Positions 41,059 through 50,642 of a stretch of DNA of 64,000 bases are shown piece after piece. The notes beneath the pieces were generated by a model. It made no database searches. It worked only from the letters and a program-made list of their open reading frames with translations, and was not told the origin of the DNA. The translations under genes were made by a program, and so were the position numbers. Source of the stretch: Candidatus Bathyarchaeota archaeon (GTDB lineage Archaea > Thermoproteota > Bathyarchaeia > TCS64); assembly GCA_016930055.1 (NCBI GenBank), contig JAFGHP010000004.1:1857-65856 (forward strand), written 5' to 3'. Numbering within the stretch: position 1 is the first letter of the stretch; the number at the start of each line of letters is the position of its first letter.

Positions 41059-41847
41059 TTAATTCCATCTCCTTTGGTTTGTTGTTGATTTGAATATGAA
41101 GAGAATAATAATAGCAAGCAAAATTAGAACAGCATTGATTGGAAGAGCCCAATAGAGGCCTTCACTTATTAATACATCCATTAAAAGTACTGGTACAGTT
41201 TTAGGATAATACGCTAAAACAACTACCGCACCAAACTCACTTAAAGCTCTAGCCCAAGTTAAAATGCATCCTGTAATTATTCCCTTAAAAGCTAAAGGGA
41301 GGTAAATATAAGTAAATAACTGCCAATCTGAAGCACCTAAACTCTTTGCAACTTTTTCAATATCCGGATTTACTGAAGAAAACGCATCTTGTACACTTCT
41401 AATCATGTAAGGAGCACTCACAAATATCATGGCAGCTATCACACCCCAGATGGTATCTACAAAATTAATTCCCATCTCTGAAGCTATACCTCCAATCAAT
41501 GCTCTTGGACTTAGAATTGTTAAAAGAGCTATACCCGCAGCATTATGAGGAATAAGCATAGGAATATCGATTAAAACTTCAGTTAATTTTTTTCCAGGAA
41601 AATTAAATTTAATTAAAACATATGCTAGGGGGACTCCAAGCAGTAATATATATACTGTGGCTAAAGTTGCCCCCAAAAAACTTGTTACAAACGCATCATG
41701 AGTTCTTTGATCCTTTAAAACAGTGACGAAATTTATTGTTGAATCATTTACACTGACAATTAGAGGAACTACAAGAAATATAAATAGAAGAAAACCAAGA
41801 AAAGCTGAAGCTATCATGAATGGGGTTCTTTTATTCAGCCAAGACAT
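41059..41847 (-). CDS. wtpB: ABC transporter permease, tungstate/molybdate type (WtpB/ModB-like)
   Basis: EAA-loop region AKSLGASDWQLFTYIYLPLA. 6 TM. Confidence 0.85.
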   Translation of the reverse strand: MSWLNKRTPFMIASAFLGFLLFIFLVVPLIVSVNDSTINFVTVLKDQRTHDAFVTSFLGATLATVYILLLGVPLAYVLIKFNFPGKKLTEVLIDIPMLIPHNAAGIALLTILSPRALIGGIASEMGINFVDTIWGVIAAMIFVSAPYMIRSVQDAFSSVNPDIEKVAKSLGASDWQLFTYIYLPLAFKGIITGCILTWARALSEFGAVVVLAYYPKTVPVLLMDVLISEGLYWALPINAVLILLAIIILFIFKSTTNQRRWN

Positions 41848-41893
41848 TGTATTAACCCTAAAGAAAATATTGATGCATAAATAAAAGACCCAT

Positions 41894-42970
41894 CTATGGT
41901 TCAGAAATCACGAAGTTCACTAATTCATTTGGGATGTTATCAATTTTGTCCGTATAAGAGGGGTGATAAATTGGATGCCATAAAGAGTCGAATAAGGTTT
42001 TTCCGTTTCCTTCAAGGAGGTATATAATAAATTTTTTTGCTTCTATTATATTCTTTGCATTAGATGGAATAGTTAATCCATAGTAGATTGTTTTACCCTC
42101 CCTATCTAGACTTATTGTACCAAAACGGTAGTGAAGGAATCTTACTTCTACACTGTTGTATATAGTATCCATTTGGGGGTTTCCTAAATTAATCTCATCC
42201 GGTAGTTCTAAATAATTTAAATCATACTGCTTTGCATTGCTTGAGTATAAGAAACAGTAATCAACAGCTCCTGTTTGAAGTAATGGTACAATCTGTATAC
42301 TGCTAGCTCTAAGCGAAACTTTATTATTCAATGGAGTCTGGGTTTCAGGTACAAAAATTACTGTACTGTTAGGTAATTTTACGCTTTCAAATATTGGTTC
42401 AAAATTGTTGCCAAACAAATTTTCAAAGATTGATGATTTATTATAGTAATATTCTGCGAGTTGAAGAGTTATAATTGATCTATAACCCAACGCATCGATT
42501 TGAGGGTTGGCGATACCAATTTTAACATCGTTTCTGTTCAGAATATTATACCAATTATCCGAGTTTATTTCACTCGAATATTTGCTTTGATTTGTATATG
42601 CTAAAACAATATTATTTCCTGAGAATCGTATATACCAATTGGAGTATTTTTCATCTGTTTCCTTAACTGTTGTGTTATACATCATTAGTGGGATAAGGGA
42701 GTAATCTGCGACCATTAGAATGTCAACATTGTCTTCTAATTCTGTTACATGACGAATTACTTGTATACTGCCATGGCCTTCGATTTCTAATTCAACATTT
42801 GGGTTTGTAGCCATGTAGTCAACTGCTAAACGTTCGAGAGGATATAGAAGGCTACCAGCACAGTATATTTTTAGTTTGCTTTTTCCCGTGGGTTTAGGAT
42901 AAAATAAATAAGAAGTTATAGCTAGAGCTGCGATTAGTACTGTGACAAAAATTATTGATTGTCTTTTCAA
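41894..42970 (-). CDS. wtpA: Substrate-binding protein, archaeal tungstate/molybdate WtpA-like; TTG start
   Basis: An N-terminal anchor is followed by KIYCAGSLLYPLERLA...GHGSIQVIRHV..L...VDILMVADYSLIP, resembling the WtpA family. Confidence 0.75.
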   Translation of the reverse strand: MKRQSIIFVTVLIAALAITSYLFYPKPTGKSKLKIYCAGSLLYPLERLAVDYMATNPNVELEIEGHGSIQVIRHVTELEDNVDILMVADYSLIPLMMYNTTVKETDEKYSNWYIRFSGNNIVLAYTNQSKYSSEINSDNWYNILNRNDVKIGIANPQIDALGYRSIITLQLAEYYYNKSSIFENLFGNNFEPIFESVKLPNSTVIFVPETQTPLNNKVSLRASSIQIVPLLQTGAVDYCFLYSSNAKQYDLNYLELPDEINLGNPQMDTIYNSVEVRFLHYRFGTISLDREGKTIYYGLTIPSNAKNIIEAKKFIIYLLEGNGKTLFDSLWHPIYHPSYTDKIDNIPNELVNFVISEP

Positions 42971-44475
42971 ACAATCAACTTCGTGAATATTATCTCGATT
43001 TCGCTTATGTTTTTTATCATCTGTCCTTTCGTAAGTGTTGGTCCAACTAGTTTTATTGGAGCATCGCTGCCTGAGAGAGCTTTTCCATCAACTTTGTATG
43101 CTATGATTAAATCATTGTTTAGTTTCACAAAGGTTGAATTGAAGTCTTTATAGAATCCATCACTTGCTTTAACTCTTACAGTGTAATCTTCATCAGCTAA
43201 AGTTCTGTTGAATGCTTCTGGTCCATGCATATTGTTATCGTCTACTCTTCCTAGAAGTGTCCATAATGGTAGACCAAACCATTTCTGAGAAGAGCTATCT
43301 GTCCAAGATTCACCATGTTTAGAATCATCACAAATAGCACCTTCTATGAACGCTCTCGCAGTTAATGTCTCATTTACAGCTCCAATAAGTTTTAGACTCC
43401 AAGTAGCATTGTTTATTATAGCCAAGTCTTCTTCATTGGGTAAAACATAATTTTCTTTGAATGTTAATTGTATTTTTACTATATTTCTAATCATCTGTCC
43501 TTTAGATAACGCTGAACCAACCAATCTTAAAGGCCAATAAGGTTCTTCAAGAGGTTCACCATTTTTCTCATTTGCTAATAAAATGTTTTGGTTGAATTTG
43601 ACGAAAGTACTGTTTAGAGTGACACTATATCCATCTCCAGCAACTAAAGTGATATTATAAGCATTAGCATCAGCAAGAGAACGATTATATGCCCCGGTTT
43701 CATGAGTGTTTAAATCATCTATTCTTCCCACTAATAGCCATACTGGGATTCCTGTCCAAATATTTTGATCCGAATCAACATATACTGCTTTATGTTCAGG
43801 CGTTGTATCAGGACAATTTGCACCAGATTCAAAGGTAGCCCGATCCATTGTTTCATTTCGAGCGCCCTCAAGACTCAAGTCCCAATCACGTACACCCGGA
43901 ATAACTTCGATTTTTACTGTCTGTTTAACCCAGAAGTGACCTTCAGTAATAAGACCTTCTTCACCTAAAACAACGAATCGTATTGGTCCATCTGAGGTAG
44001 ATAAAGGATTTCCAGCATCTAAATAAGCTAAAACGGGGATTAGAGGTTTAGTATTATTCGTTTCGTCTCCTGTTGCTGGATCGAAGGTAATGAAGTCTCC
44101 TGACAATTCTTCCCATGTGTATACCATCGAATAATCATCGGCTGCTGTTACTCTAAGACTGTTATCTTCAGTTATTCCACCAACTAGATTTAATACATCA
44201 GACACTAAGACGCCGGTATAATTAGAAACACTACGTATAGACCCTGCACTTGTTTTAAGGCCTCCTTTCATTACCACTTTCTGCATTGTAGCGATATCAT
44301 TTTCCGTAATGTTCTTAATAGTACCATTTGAACCAACTAACATAATTTTAAAAGCGGGAATTGTTGGTGATTCGGGGATTGTAGGTTGATTAAAAACGTA
44401 GTTCCATACAACAGCTCCACCAATTATTAAAATAATCAATGAACTGATTAAAACCAGGTTTCTTCTTTGACTCAA
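42967..44475 (-). CDS. Membrane-anchored extracytoplasmic protein with three tandem ~150-aa domains resembling the sulfite-oxidase/YedY molybdopterin-binding fold
   Basis: N-terminus MSQRRNLVLISSLIILIIGG has an RR motif plus an h-region. Three internal repeats end in ...DGY/F..-..-...-LLA/IAY..-G(E)PL...P(I/L)(R/K)(F/L)V(G/V)...G...(V/I)K.I..I. The stop overlaps the wtpA TTG as TTGA. Confidence 0.6.
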   Translation of the reverse strand: MSQRRNLVLISSLIILIIGGAVVWNYVFNQPTIPESPTIPAFKIMLVGSNGTIKNITENDIATMQKVVMKGGLKTSAGSIRSVSNYTGVLVSDVLNLVGGITEDNSLRVTAADDYSMVYTWEELSGDFITFDPATGDETNNTKPLIPVLAYLDAGNPLSTSDGPIRFVVLGEEGLITEGHFWVKQTVKIEVIPGVRDWDLSLEGARNETMDRATFESGANCPDTTPEHKAVYVDSDQNIWTGIPVWLLVGRIDDLNTHETGAYNRSLADANAYNITLVAGDGYSVTLNSTFVKFNQNILLANEKNGEPLEEPYWPLRLVGSALSKGQMIRNIVKIQLTFKENYVLPNEEDLAIINNATWSLKLIGAVNETLTARAFIEGAICDDSKHGESWTDSSSQKWFGLPLWTLLGRVDDNNMHGPEAFNRTLADEDYTVRVKASDGFYKDFNSTFVKLNNDLIIAYKVDGKALSGSDAPIKLVGPTLTKGQMIKNISEIEIIFTKLIV

Positions 44476-44613
44476 ATTTCTTTACACCTTGTTAGATATA
44501 CAGGGTACGATATGCATATAAAAACATATCAATGATAATTTTTTTAAGAAAATACATTTTACAAATTAAACTTGATATAATTTTAAAAGAATTATTTAAA
44601 AAAGTAGGTTTTA

Positions 44614-45108
44614 TTATGTAGATCCGTATTTTTCCCAACTAACAATAGACTCTAAACTTTTCCTTTCTTTAGCTACTGGTGATTCGTCTGGTATTCCAAG
44701 GGGTATTACAGCTATGGGTTTCAAGTTATCCGGAATTTCTAATAGGTTTTTGATTAATTCTTCTCTACCAGTTTGCCCCATCCAGCATGTACCATAACCT
44801 AAGTTTGTCGCAGCCAATACAATATGTTCAAGAGCTATTCCTAGATCGTTGAAACACCAAGTGGAAGAAGCTGCTTGGTCAGCTAAACCAACAATCATTA
44901 CAGGGGCTTGTGCTGCCCATTCACTCTTCGCTAATTTCTTTATTGTATCCTTGTTTTCAACAACTATGAAGTGCCATGGCTGTCTGTTACTTGCTGAAGG
45001 AGCAATTCTAGCTGCCTCCAATATTTTTAGTAAATCTTCTTTGGGAATGGGAGTGTTTTTGTATTTACGGATACTCCTCCTTTTTTCAATCACTTCTTCA
45101 AACTTCAT
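44614..45108 (-). CDS. Nitroreductase family protein
   Basis: RRSIRKY...APSASNRQPWHFIVV... Confidence 0.85.
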   Translation of the reverse strand: MKFEEVIEKRRSIRKYKNTPIPKEDLLKILEAARIAPSASNRQPWHFIVVENKDTIKKLAKSEWAAQAPVMIVGLADQAASSTWCFNDLGIALEHIVLAATNLGYGTCWMGQTGREELIKNLLEIPDNLKPIAVIPLGIPDESPVAKERKSLESIVSWEKYGST

Positions 45109-45270
45109 TTTTTTCCCTAGATGTTTTTTACTTGGGATGATATAAAGAGAATTATTTTATAAAATGAAATTTATTAAAATAATATTAATAATTATCTTTT
45201 TGATGTTTTAATGAACATTGTCTTCTATTTAGTAAATCATTTAACTTTGGTTTCTTAATCACTGAATATA

Positions 45271-45915
45271 ATGTCTTGGGAAAGAGAATATAATAAGAAT
45301 CAGACGATTTGGGGTGAAAAACCTAGTGAACTAGCCATAGAATTAGTTAAACACTTCATTAATTATAAGGGTAGACCTCTTCAAGTCTTAGATATTGGAT
45401 GTGGTTATGGGAGAGACTCCCTCTATATTGCTAAGACTCTTGGATTCAAAGTTATTGGCATTGACATCTCTGAGAAAGCTATAGAACTCGCAGTAGAAAA
45501 CTCATCAAAAGTTTCTATTCACAAAGCTGAGTTCAAACTGATTGATTATAAAAAGGTTAATGACTGTTTTGATGTAATTTTGGTATCAAACTTATTCCAT
45601 TTATTATCTCTTAAAGAGCGTAGCAATTTTCCAAACCATATTTATAGATTACTGGTTTCTAAAGGAGTTCTTTTCTTAAATGCACTATCAATTAATGATA
45701 ATGAACATTATGGTATAGGCAATCCCGTTCTCGATGAAGAAAACTCTTGGATAGATAATAAATACATACATCTCTCTACAGAGAATGAATTGAGGAGTGT
45801 TTTTTCTAAATTGGCAATTAAGGAATTATATGAGCATCATTATGAAGAGCCTCATTCTGGTGAAAGAACTCATAACCATATAGCTTGGATACTTGTTGCT
45901 GAGAAAAATGGTTAA
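45271..45915 (+). CDS. Class I SAM-dependent methyltransferase
   Basis: VLDIGCGYGRDSLYIA...VIGIDIS. Confidence 0.8.
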   Translation: MSWEREYNKNQTIWGEKPSELAIELVKHFINYKGRPLQVLDIGCGYGRDSLYIAKTLGFKVIGIDISEKAIELAVENSSKVSIHKAEFKLIDYKKVNDCFDVILVSNLFHLLSLKERSNFPNHIYRLLVSKGVLFLNALSINDNEHYGIGNPVLDEENSWIDNKYIHLSTENELRSVFSKLAIKELYEHHYEEPHSGERTHNHIAWILVAEKNG

Positions 45916-46059
45916 AATTTTTAAAAAAGATAAAAATCGAGTAAATTTATTATTTTAGCAGGATTAATTTTGTATAAAAACATTGTTTCTGAAAAACTCT
46001 TATCAGAGATTAAATTTTTAATATTTTATTTAGAGTATGTATAATAAAACAGATGAATT

Positions 46060-46254
46060 TTGATGAAAAAAGTTGTTTGCATAGTTCTTTTACTAATGCT
46101 AGGGATTAATTTACTGAGTGGTGTGTTGGTTTCAAGTGTTTCAGCTGATGAAAATTATAATGATTACAGTAATGAGTACAGTGAAAGTCCAGGAGTATCC
46201 CCTGAAGGAGGTCAAACTAGGGAAGGACCGAGAACCAGATTCAAAGATGTTTAA
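46060..46254 (+). CDS. Hypothetical small secreted protein
   Basis: A signal-peptide-like N-terminus (MMKKVVCIVLLLMLGINLLSGVLVSSVSA) is followed by a short acidic, low-complexity tail. TTG start. Confidence 0.3.
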   Translation: MMKKVVCIVLLLMLGINLLSGVLVSSVSADENYNDYSNEYSESPGVSPEGGQTREGPRTRFKDV

Positions 46255-46280
46255 AAAATTAAATTATTTTTCTCTTTTAC

Positions 46281-47516
46281 TTAATTTTTTCTTTTCTCTA
46301 ATTCTCTCTGTTTTTGTTCTAGTTCGTGAATTTTACGTTTTTCTTCTTGAGTGGGTTCTTTGACTCCAAACCAAAATACTCCTGCAGCGATTAAACCTAA
46401 TACACCTGAAAACATGAAGGGTGTTTGAGGACTTATGGTCTGCCACATCCAACCACCTATCATAGCAGAGGGGATTCCAATAATTGCAGTTAAAGTGTTT
46501 TGTGTACCAATAACTGTAGCCCTTTTTTCAGGTGGTACTATATCTGCAATCAAAGCGTTCCATGATGGACCTCCCGCTCCCATCATTGCACCACCTAAAG
46601 CTTGAGCTGCTCCATTCGAATAACGTGCTAATGCATAACCATTAAAATCAACTGCAAAAATTAGAGCCCATTGTGTTAATGGGTTTGTTACTCTAGCTAG
46701 CATAATATTGTTTTTACGTCCATATCGGTCACTTAACATACCTCCAGGCAATGCAAGGAAAGCAGTTAATAATCCAACACCTGTACTTATGAGTCCCAGT
46801 TGTGTATTTGAGATCTTTACAATTTCTAAGGCATATAAATTCATGAAATCCATGACTAATCTTGCACTAAAACTACCTATGATAGCAACAACAAGCATTA
46901 CTTTTATTGGTTTTTCTTGACCAAAAAGGATTTCTTTTGAAATCATTAGCTTTCTTCCAGCGGTTGCTGGGATTACTGTTTCTTTAGTTAATCTCCAACG
47001 GACATAAGTAATCCCTAAACTTACAAATATTTGTAATATTAAAAACATTCTTAACCCATCAACATATCCAAAATTATCCATTACGATGCCTCCAATTAAT
47101 GGGCTTATCATACTAGGTAAGGAAGTAATCATACTGTAAACACCATAACCAGCACCACGACGTGTTGGTGGCATTGAGTCAGCGACTATAGCAGTAAATG
47201 CAGGCATATAGATGCTTGTTAATCCCTCGAAAAAAGCAGCTACCATGATCCAATGCCAAGAAGGTGCAAGGAAATAAATTATCGGAGAAAAAGTATTGAG
47301 AAAAGTACCATAAACAATCACTCTTCTTCGACCATATCTATCTGCAAGAAGTCCTCCTGGTAAAGCAAAAATCATGTTTTGAGCTGATCTTACCCCTGAG
47401 ATTAATCCGATTTCAAGAGCTGAAGCTCCAAGATTATCTTTAAGGTATTTAGGCCAGAAAGGATGCCAAGCCATAGAGCATAAACTAAAAACCATTGTAG
47501 TTAGGGAAATGGTCAT
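46281..47516 (-). CDS. MFS transporter (close paralog of 25235..26566)
   Basis: GGLLADRYGRRRV. Homology to the paralog's N-terminus continues in frame for about 22 codons upstream (to 47585), but with no ATG/GTG/TTG. Confidence 0.85.
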   Translation of the reverse strand: MTISLTTMVFSLCSMAWHPFWPKYLKDNLGASALEIGLISGVRSAQNMIFALPGGLLADRYGRRRVIVYGTFLNTFSPIIYFLAPSWHWIMVAAFFEGLTSIYMPAFTAIVADSMPPTRRGAGYGVYSMITSLPSMISPLIGGIVMDNFGYVDGLRMFLILQIFVSLGITYVRWRLTKETVIPATAGRKLMISKEILFGQEKPIKVMLVVAIIGSFSARLVMDFMNLYALEIVKISNTQLGLISTGVGLLTAFLALPGGMLSDRYGRKNNIMLARVTNPLTQWALIFAVDFNGYALARYSNGAAQALGGAMMGAGGPSWNALIADIVPPEKRATVIGTQNTLTAIIGIPSAMIGGWMWQTISPQTPFMFSGVLGLIAAGVFWFGVKEPTQEEKRKIHELEQKQRELEKRKN

Positions 47517-47773
47517 TACATTCCTATTCCCAAAAACCTCTTTAACCAGATTTTTATATTCTTTGAAATCTATGTTACCACGCTTCTATTTTTCTCCGGT
47601 AGTTCGCATTAGGAGTATTTATACATTATCTCTGCACATGCTTCATTTTTATAATCGAACATTCTTTTAAATGAAAGTAACTGCTTTAATACCCTAAATT
47701 TATCTTTACAATCTAGTAAATATTTATGCTTTAGTATAAAATTTTAACCTCTAGTTGTTTAAATTATTCTTAG

Positions 47774-48124
47774 ATGTCGAAACAAACATTCTGGGATTTA
47801 CTAGATAAACTAGTGGAAAAAAGTAAAATAGTTATTGAGATTAAAAAAGACTTTACTCAAATAAATAATGAAATACAATTTCTAACCGAATATGGTTACT
47901 TAAATGGTACATCATCTAATGATGGTGAAGGAATCGATGTTTTCATGGGAACTGATCCAATGAATAGGCTAGATGCGATACTTTGCACAATTGACTTGAT
48001 GAAACGTGACTCTGAGATAAAATTGTTTATAGGATGCACTGAAGAAGAGAAAATCAGCATTGTCCGTTTTTATGAAAAACATCCTCAAATCAGAGGTTTA
48101 TTAATTAAACGTAATAATCTCTAA
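47774..48124 (+). CDS. Hypothetical protein, possibly inorganic-pyrophosphatase-fold-like
   Basis: EYGYLNGTSSNDGEGIDVFMG resembles the NYGyIpgT..DGd.lDv core of PPase-like proteins. The match is weak. Confidence 0.4.
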   Translation: MSKQTFWDLLDKLVEKSKIVIEIKKDFTQINNEIQFLTEYGYLNGTSSNDGEGIDVFMGTDPMNRLDAILCTIDLMKRDSEIKLFIGCTEEEKISIVRFYEKHPQIRGLLIKRNNL

Positions 48125-48170
48125 TTGATTAAATATTGAAAATTATTTTTTATACTTAAGTCATTATTTT

Positions 48171-48377
48171 TTAGACATTTAATCTTTCTACTTTAACAAT
48201 AGCAGTACTCACACCTGCAAGCGGAGGTAATAGATGAGATAATACCTGTTCAGCAGTGCAACGTCTAACTATTCCCTTAGAACTGGTCTGATGCCAACCT
48301 TCTTTATCTCTTTGAAAAGACTGTAATACTTTCCCATTTTTGTTGAGAAATTTGATAATACATTCATTGTTCCTCAT
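48171..48377 (-). CDS. Hypothetical small protein
   Basis: 68-aa ORF only. No family recognised. Confidence 0.3.
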   Translation of the reverse strand: MRNNECIIKFLNKNGKVLQSFQRDKEGWHQTSSKGIVRRCTAEQVLSHLLPPLAGVSTAIVKVERLNV

Positions 48378-48547
48378 TTCTTTTCACTTCTCAATATTTT
48401 TAATATAGAAAAATATCTATTGTTAAATATTTTTACCAATTATTTTAATAAATTAATTTTATTTGGTTTATTGTTCTACTTTTTAGATCTTGTGTTCTAA
48501 ACCTTAGGATTATTATAAAGTAAAGTAGTGATTGTATTGGTGAAGTA

Positions 48548-48949
48548 ATGAAGAGATATATGATACTTGCATCCCTTATTCTTGTTTCAATAATAGTTCC
48601 AGCAGGTATTTACGCTTTACAGAACAGTCAGAATAATCAAAATAAAAATGTAGAAGACACAGCGCTAGTTTACCTTAAGAACTCGCCTACTTTCAAGTTT
48701 GATGGTATACTAGAGTCTGTTGAATTAGTTGAGTGTTGGCAGGCTCAGACTTTTGCTTATCCCAGTTTTTGGCAGGTTAGCATAGAGTTTGAATGTGCAC
48801 ACGCTGGTTACGGTGACAGAACTGGACAATTCCTCGCTCAAGTCATTACTCCCCACAAAATAACTATCCATGTAACTGAGGGAGAAATTACCATGGCAGT
48901 AATTGATGATATATGGGATGAAATAGCTCAGAAAATGATTAAAAACTAA
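48548..48949 (+). CDS. Hypothetical secreted/anchored protein
   Basis: An N-terminal hydrophobic helix is followed by a ~100-aa soluble domain. Confidence 0.4.
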   Translation: MKRYMILASLILVSIIVPAGIYALQNSQNNQNKNVEDTALVYLKNSPTFKFDGILESVELVECWQAQTFAYPSFWQVSIEFECAHAGYGDRTGQFLAQVITPHKITIHVTEGEITMAVIDDIWDEIAQKMIKN

Positions 48950-49044
48950 TAATAACATTTTTTAATATTAGTTTTTGTATTTCTAAATTTTCTAATATCT
49001 TTTAGATAATTAGTTATTTATTATTGGTTTTTAATATATATACT

Positions 49045-49944
49045 ATGAAACTTCAGAAGATTAGAAAACTTAAGTTAGTTACACTTTTAGATAATATGGT
49101 TTACATTTCCGGTCCTTTAGGTCATTGGGGATACTCAACATTCCTGATTTATGTTGATGCTAATAACATGACTAAACGTGTACTCATGGATACAGGCAGT
49201 GATGTTGAGGCATTTATTAGAAATACCAAGTTATTGAAGATTGGTTTTTATAATCTCGATGCAGTGGTTTTAAGTCATGGTCATCTCGACCATACGACAG
49301 CCACAATTAATGTAGTGGAAGCTCACCCAGGAATTAAAATCTATGCTCATCCATCAGTTTTCAGTAAAAGGATCAGCATCGATGAGAAAGGTGAAAGACA
49401 CACCTTCTCGCCTCCTAAGGGATGGGGTTTAAAAGCTTGGGAAGATGCTGGTGCAAAAATTGTCTTTACTAAAGAACCAACTGAAGTTGCTTCTGGAATC
49501 TGGGTTACTGGAGAAGTCCCACGTAAGAGTTTCGAAACAATTGCTGAGATGGGTCGCTGGCGAAGAGTCATCGAAGAAGATGGAATTGAAAAAGAAGATT
49601 TGATACCTGATGATCAGTCGATTTTCTTTGATCTGGAGGGTTTTGGTATAGTGGTTCTTACAGGATGTGCTCATTCAGGTGTCTTAAATACTTTAGCATA
49701 TGTTGAGGAATTAACTGGTGAAAAACCTGTAGCAGTTATAGGTGGCACTCACCTCTCTGGTAGGAAACCAGAATATTTAACGAAAACAATTGAAGGCTTA
49801 AAACACTATAACTTAAAGTATTTATCCCCATGCCATTGTACAGGTTTCCATGCAATCAGCAAACTAGCAGAAGCCTTTCCAAAGGCCTTCCAACTAAACC
49901 ACTCAGGAAAAATAACAGACTTCACTGAATTCATTAAAAAATAG
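49045..49944 (+). CDS. MBL-fold metallo-hydrolase
   Basis: HxHxDH motif VLSHGHLDH, plus downstream TGCAHSG and GGTHL. Confidence 0.8.
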   Translation: MKLQKIRKLKLVTLLDNMVYISGPLGHWGYSTFLIYVDANNMTKRVLMDTGSDVEAFIRNTKLLKIGFYNLDAVVLSHGHLDHTTATINVVEAHPGIKIYAHPSVFSKRISIDEKGERHTFSPPKGWGLKAWEDAGAKIVFTKEPTEVASGIWVTGEVPRKSFETIAEMGRWRRVIEEDGIEKEDLIPDDQSIFFDLEGFGIVVLTGCAHSGVLNTLAYVEELTGEKPVAVIGGTHLSGRKPEYLTKTIEGLKHYNLKYLSPCHCTGFHAISKLAEAFPKAFQLNHSGKITDFTEFIKK

Positions 49945-50077
49945 GTTTTTTATCTTTTTTTATACCTTATTTACTAATTGAAAATTGTACTAAATTTTTT
50001 GTTTAATGTTATTTCTATTAAATATCTGAATATGAGTTTGTTTATATCATAGAACTTAAATATCAATTGGTAACAGG

Positions 50078-50512
50078 TTGACAAATATGTCGTATCAAGT
50101 TAAAGATTATATGAGCAAAGCATTCTCTACAATAAATCTCGACTCATCTGCTAAAGATGCTGCTGTTGAGATTAAAAATAAAGAACATGGTTTTTTGATT
50201 GTTCTTGATAAGGGTAAACCAAAAGGAATTGTGACCCTAAAAGATCTTGTTGAGAAGGTTATGGCTTCTGGTTTAGATCCAGTTGTTGTGAAGGTTAAGG
50301 AGATAATGAGTTCACCTTTAATGACCGTTGATCCTGATGAAGATATGTTGGTTGCTTCTAAAAAGATGCATGAAAATAATATTCGAAGATTAGTAGTTGA
50401 ACGGGATGGCATTATTTATGGAGTGATCACTTCAGGAAACATCGCTGATAAATGCAGTGAATATGTAGATAAAGCCACAAGAGACCTAATGCGTTGGGCA
50501 GCTCAGGGATGA
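50078..50512 (+). CDS. CBS-pair domain protein (paralog of 11174..11608)
   Basis: Same length (144 aa) as the paralog and about half the positions identical, including the tail YVDKATRDLMRW. The real start may be ATG 50087. Confidence 0.85.
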   Translation: MTNMSYQVKDYMSKAFSTINLDSSAKDAAVEIKNKEHGFLIVLDKGKPKGIVTLKDLVEKVMASGLDPVVVKVKEIMSSPLMTVDPDEDMLVASKKMHENNIRRLVVERDGIIYGVITSGNIADKCSEYVDKATRDLMRWAAQG

Positions 50513-50642
50513 TATAAACCATTTTTTCATCATTTTTTACTTAATTTTTTATTAAGACTTCTGCTTCAATTTCTACTGGTATTCCCCAAGGCAGTTCTGC
50601 TAGACCAACAGCTGATCTTGCATGCCTCCCTGCTTCTTTTCC

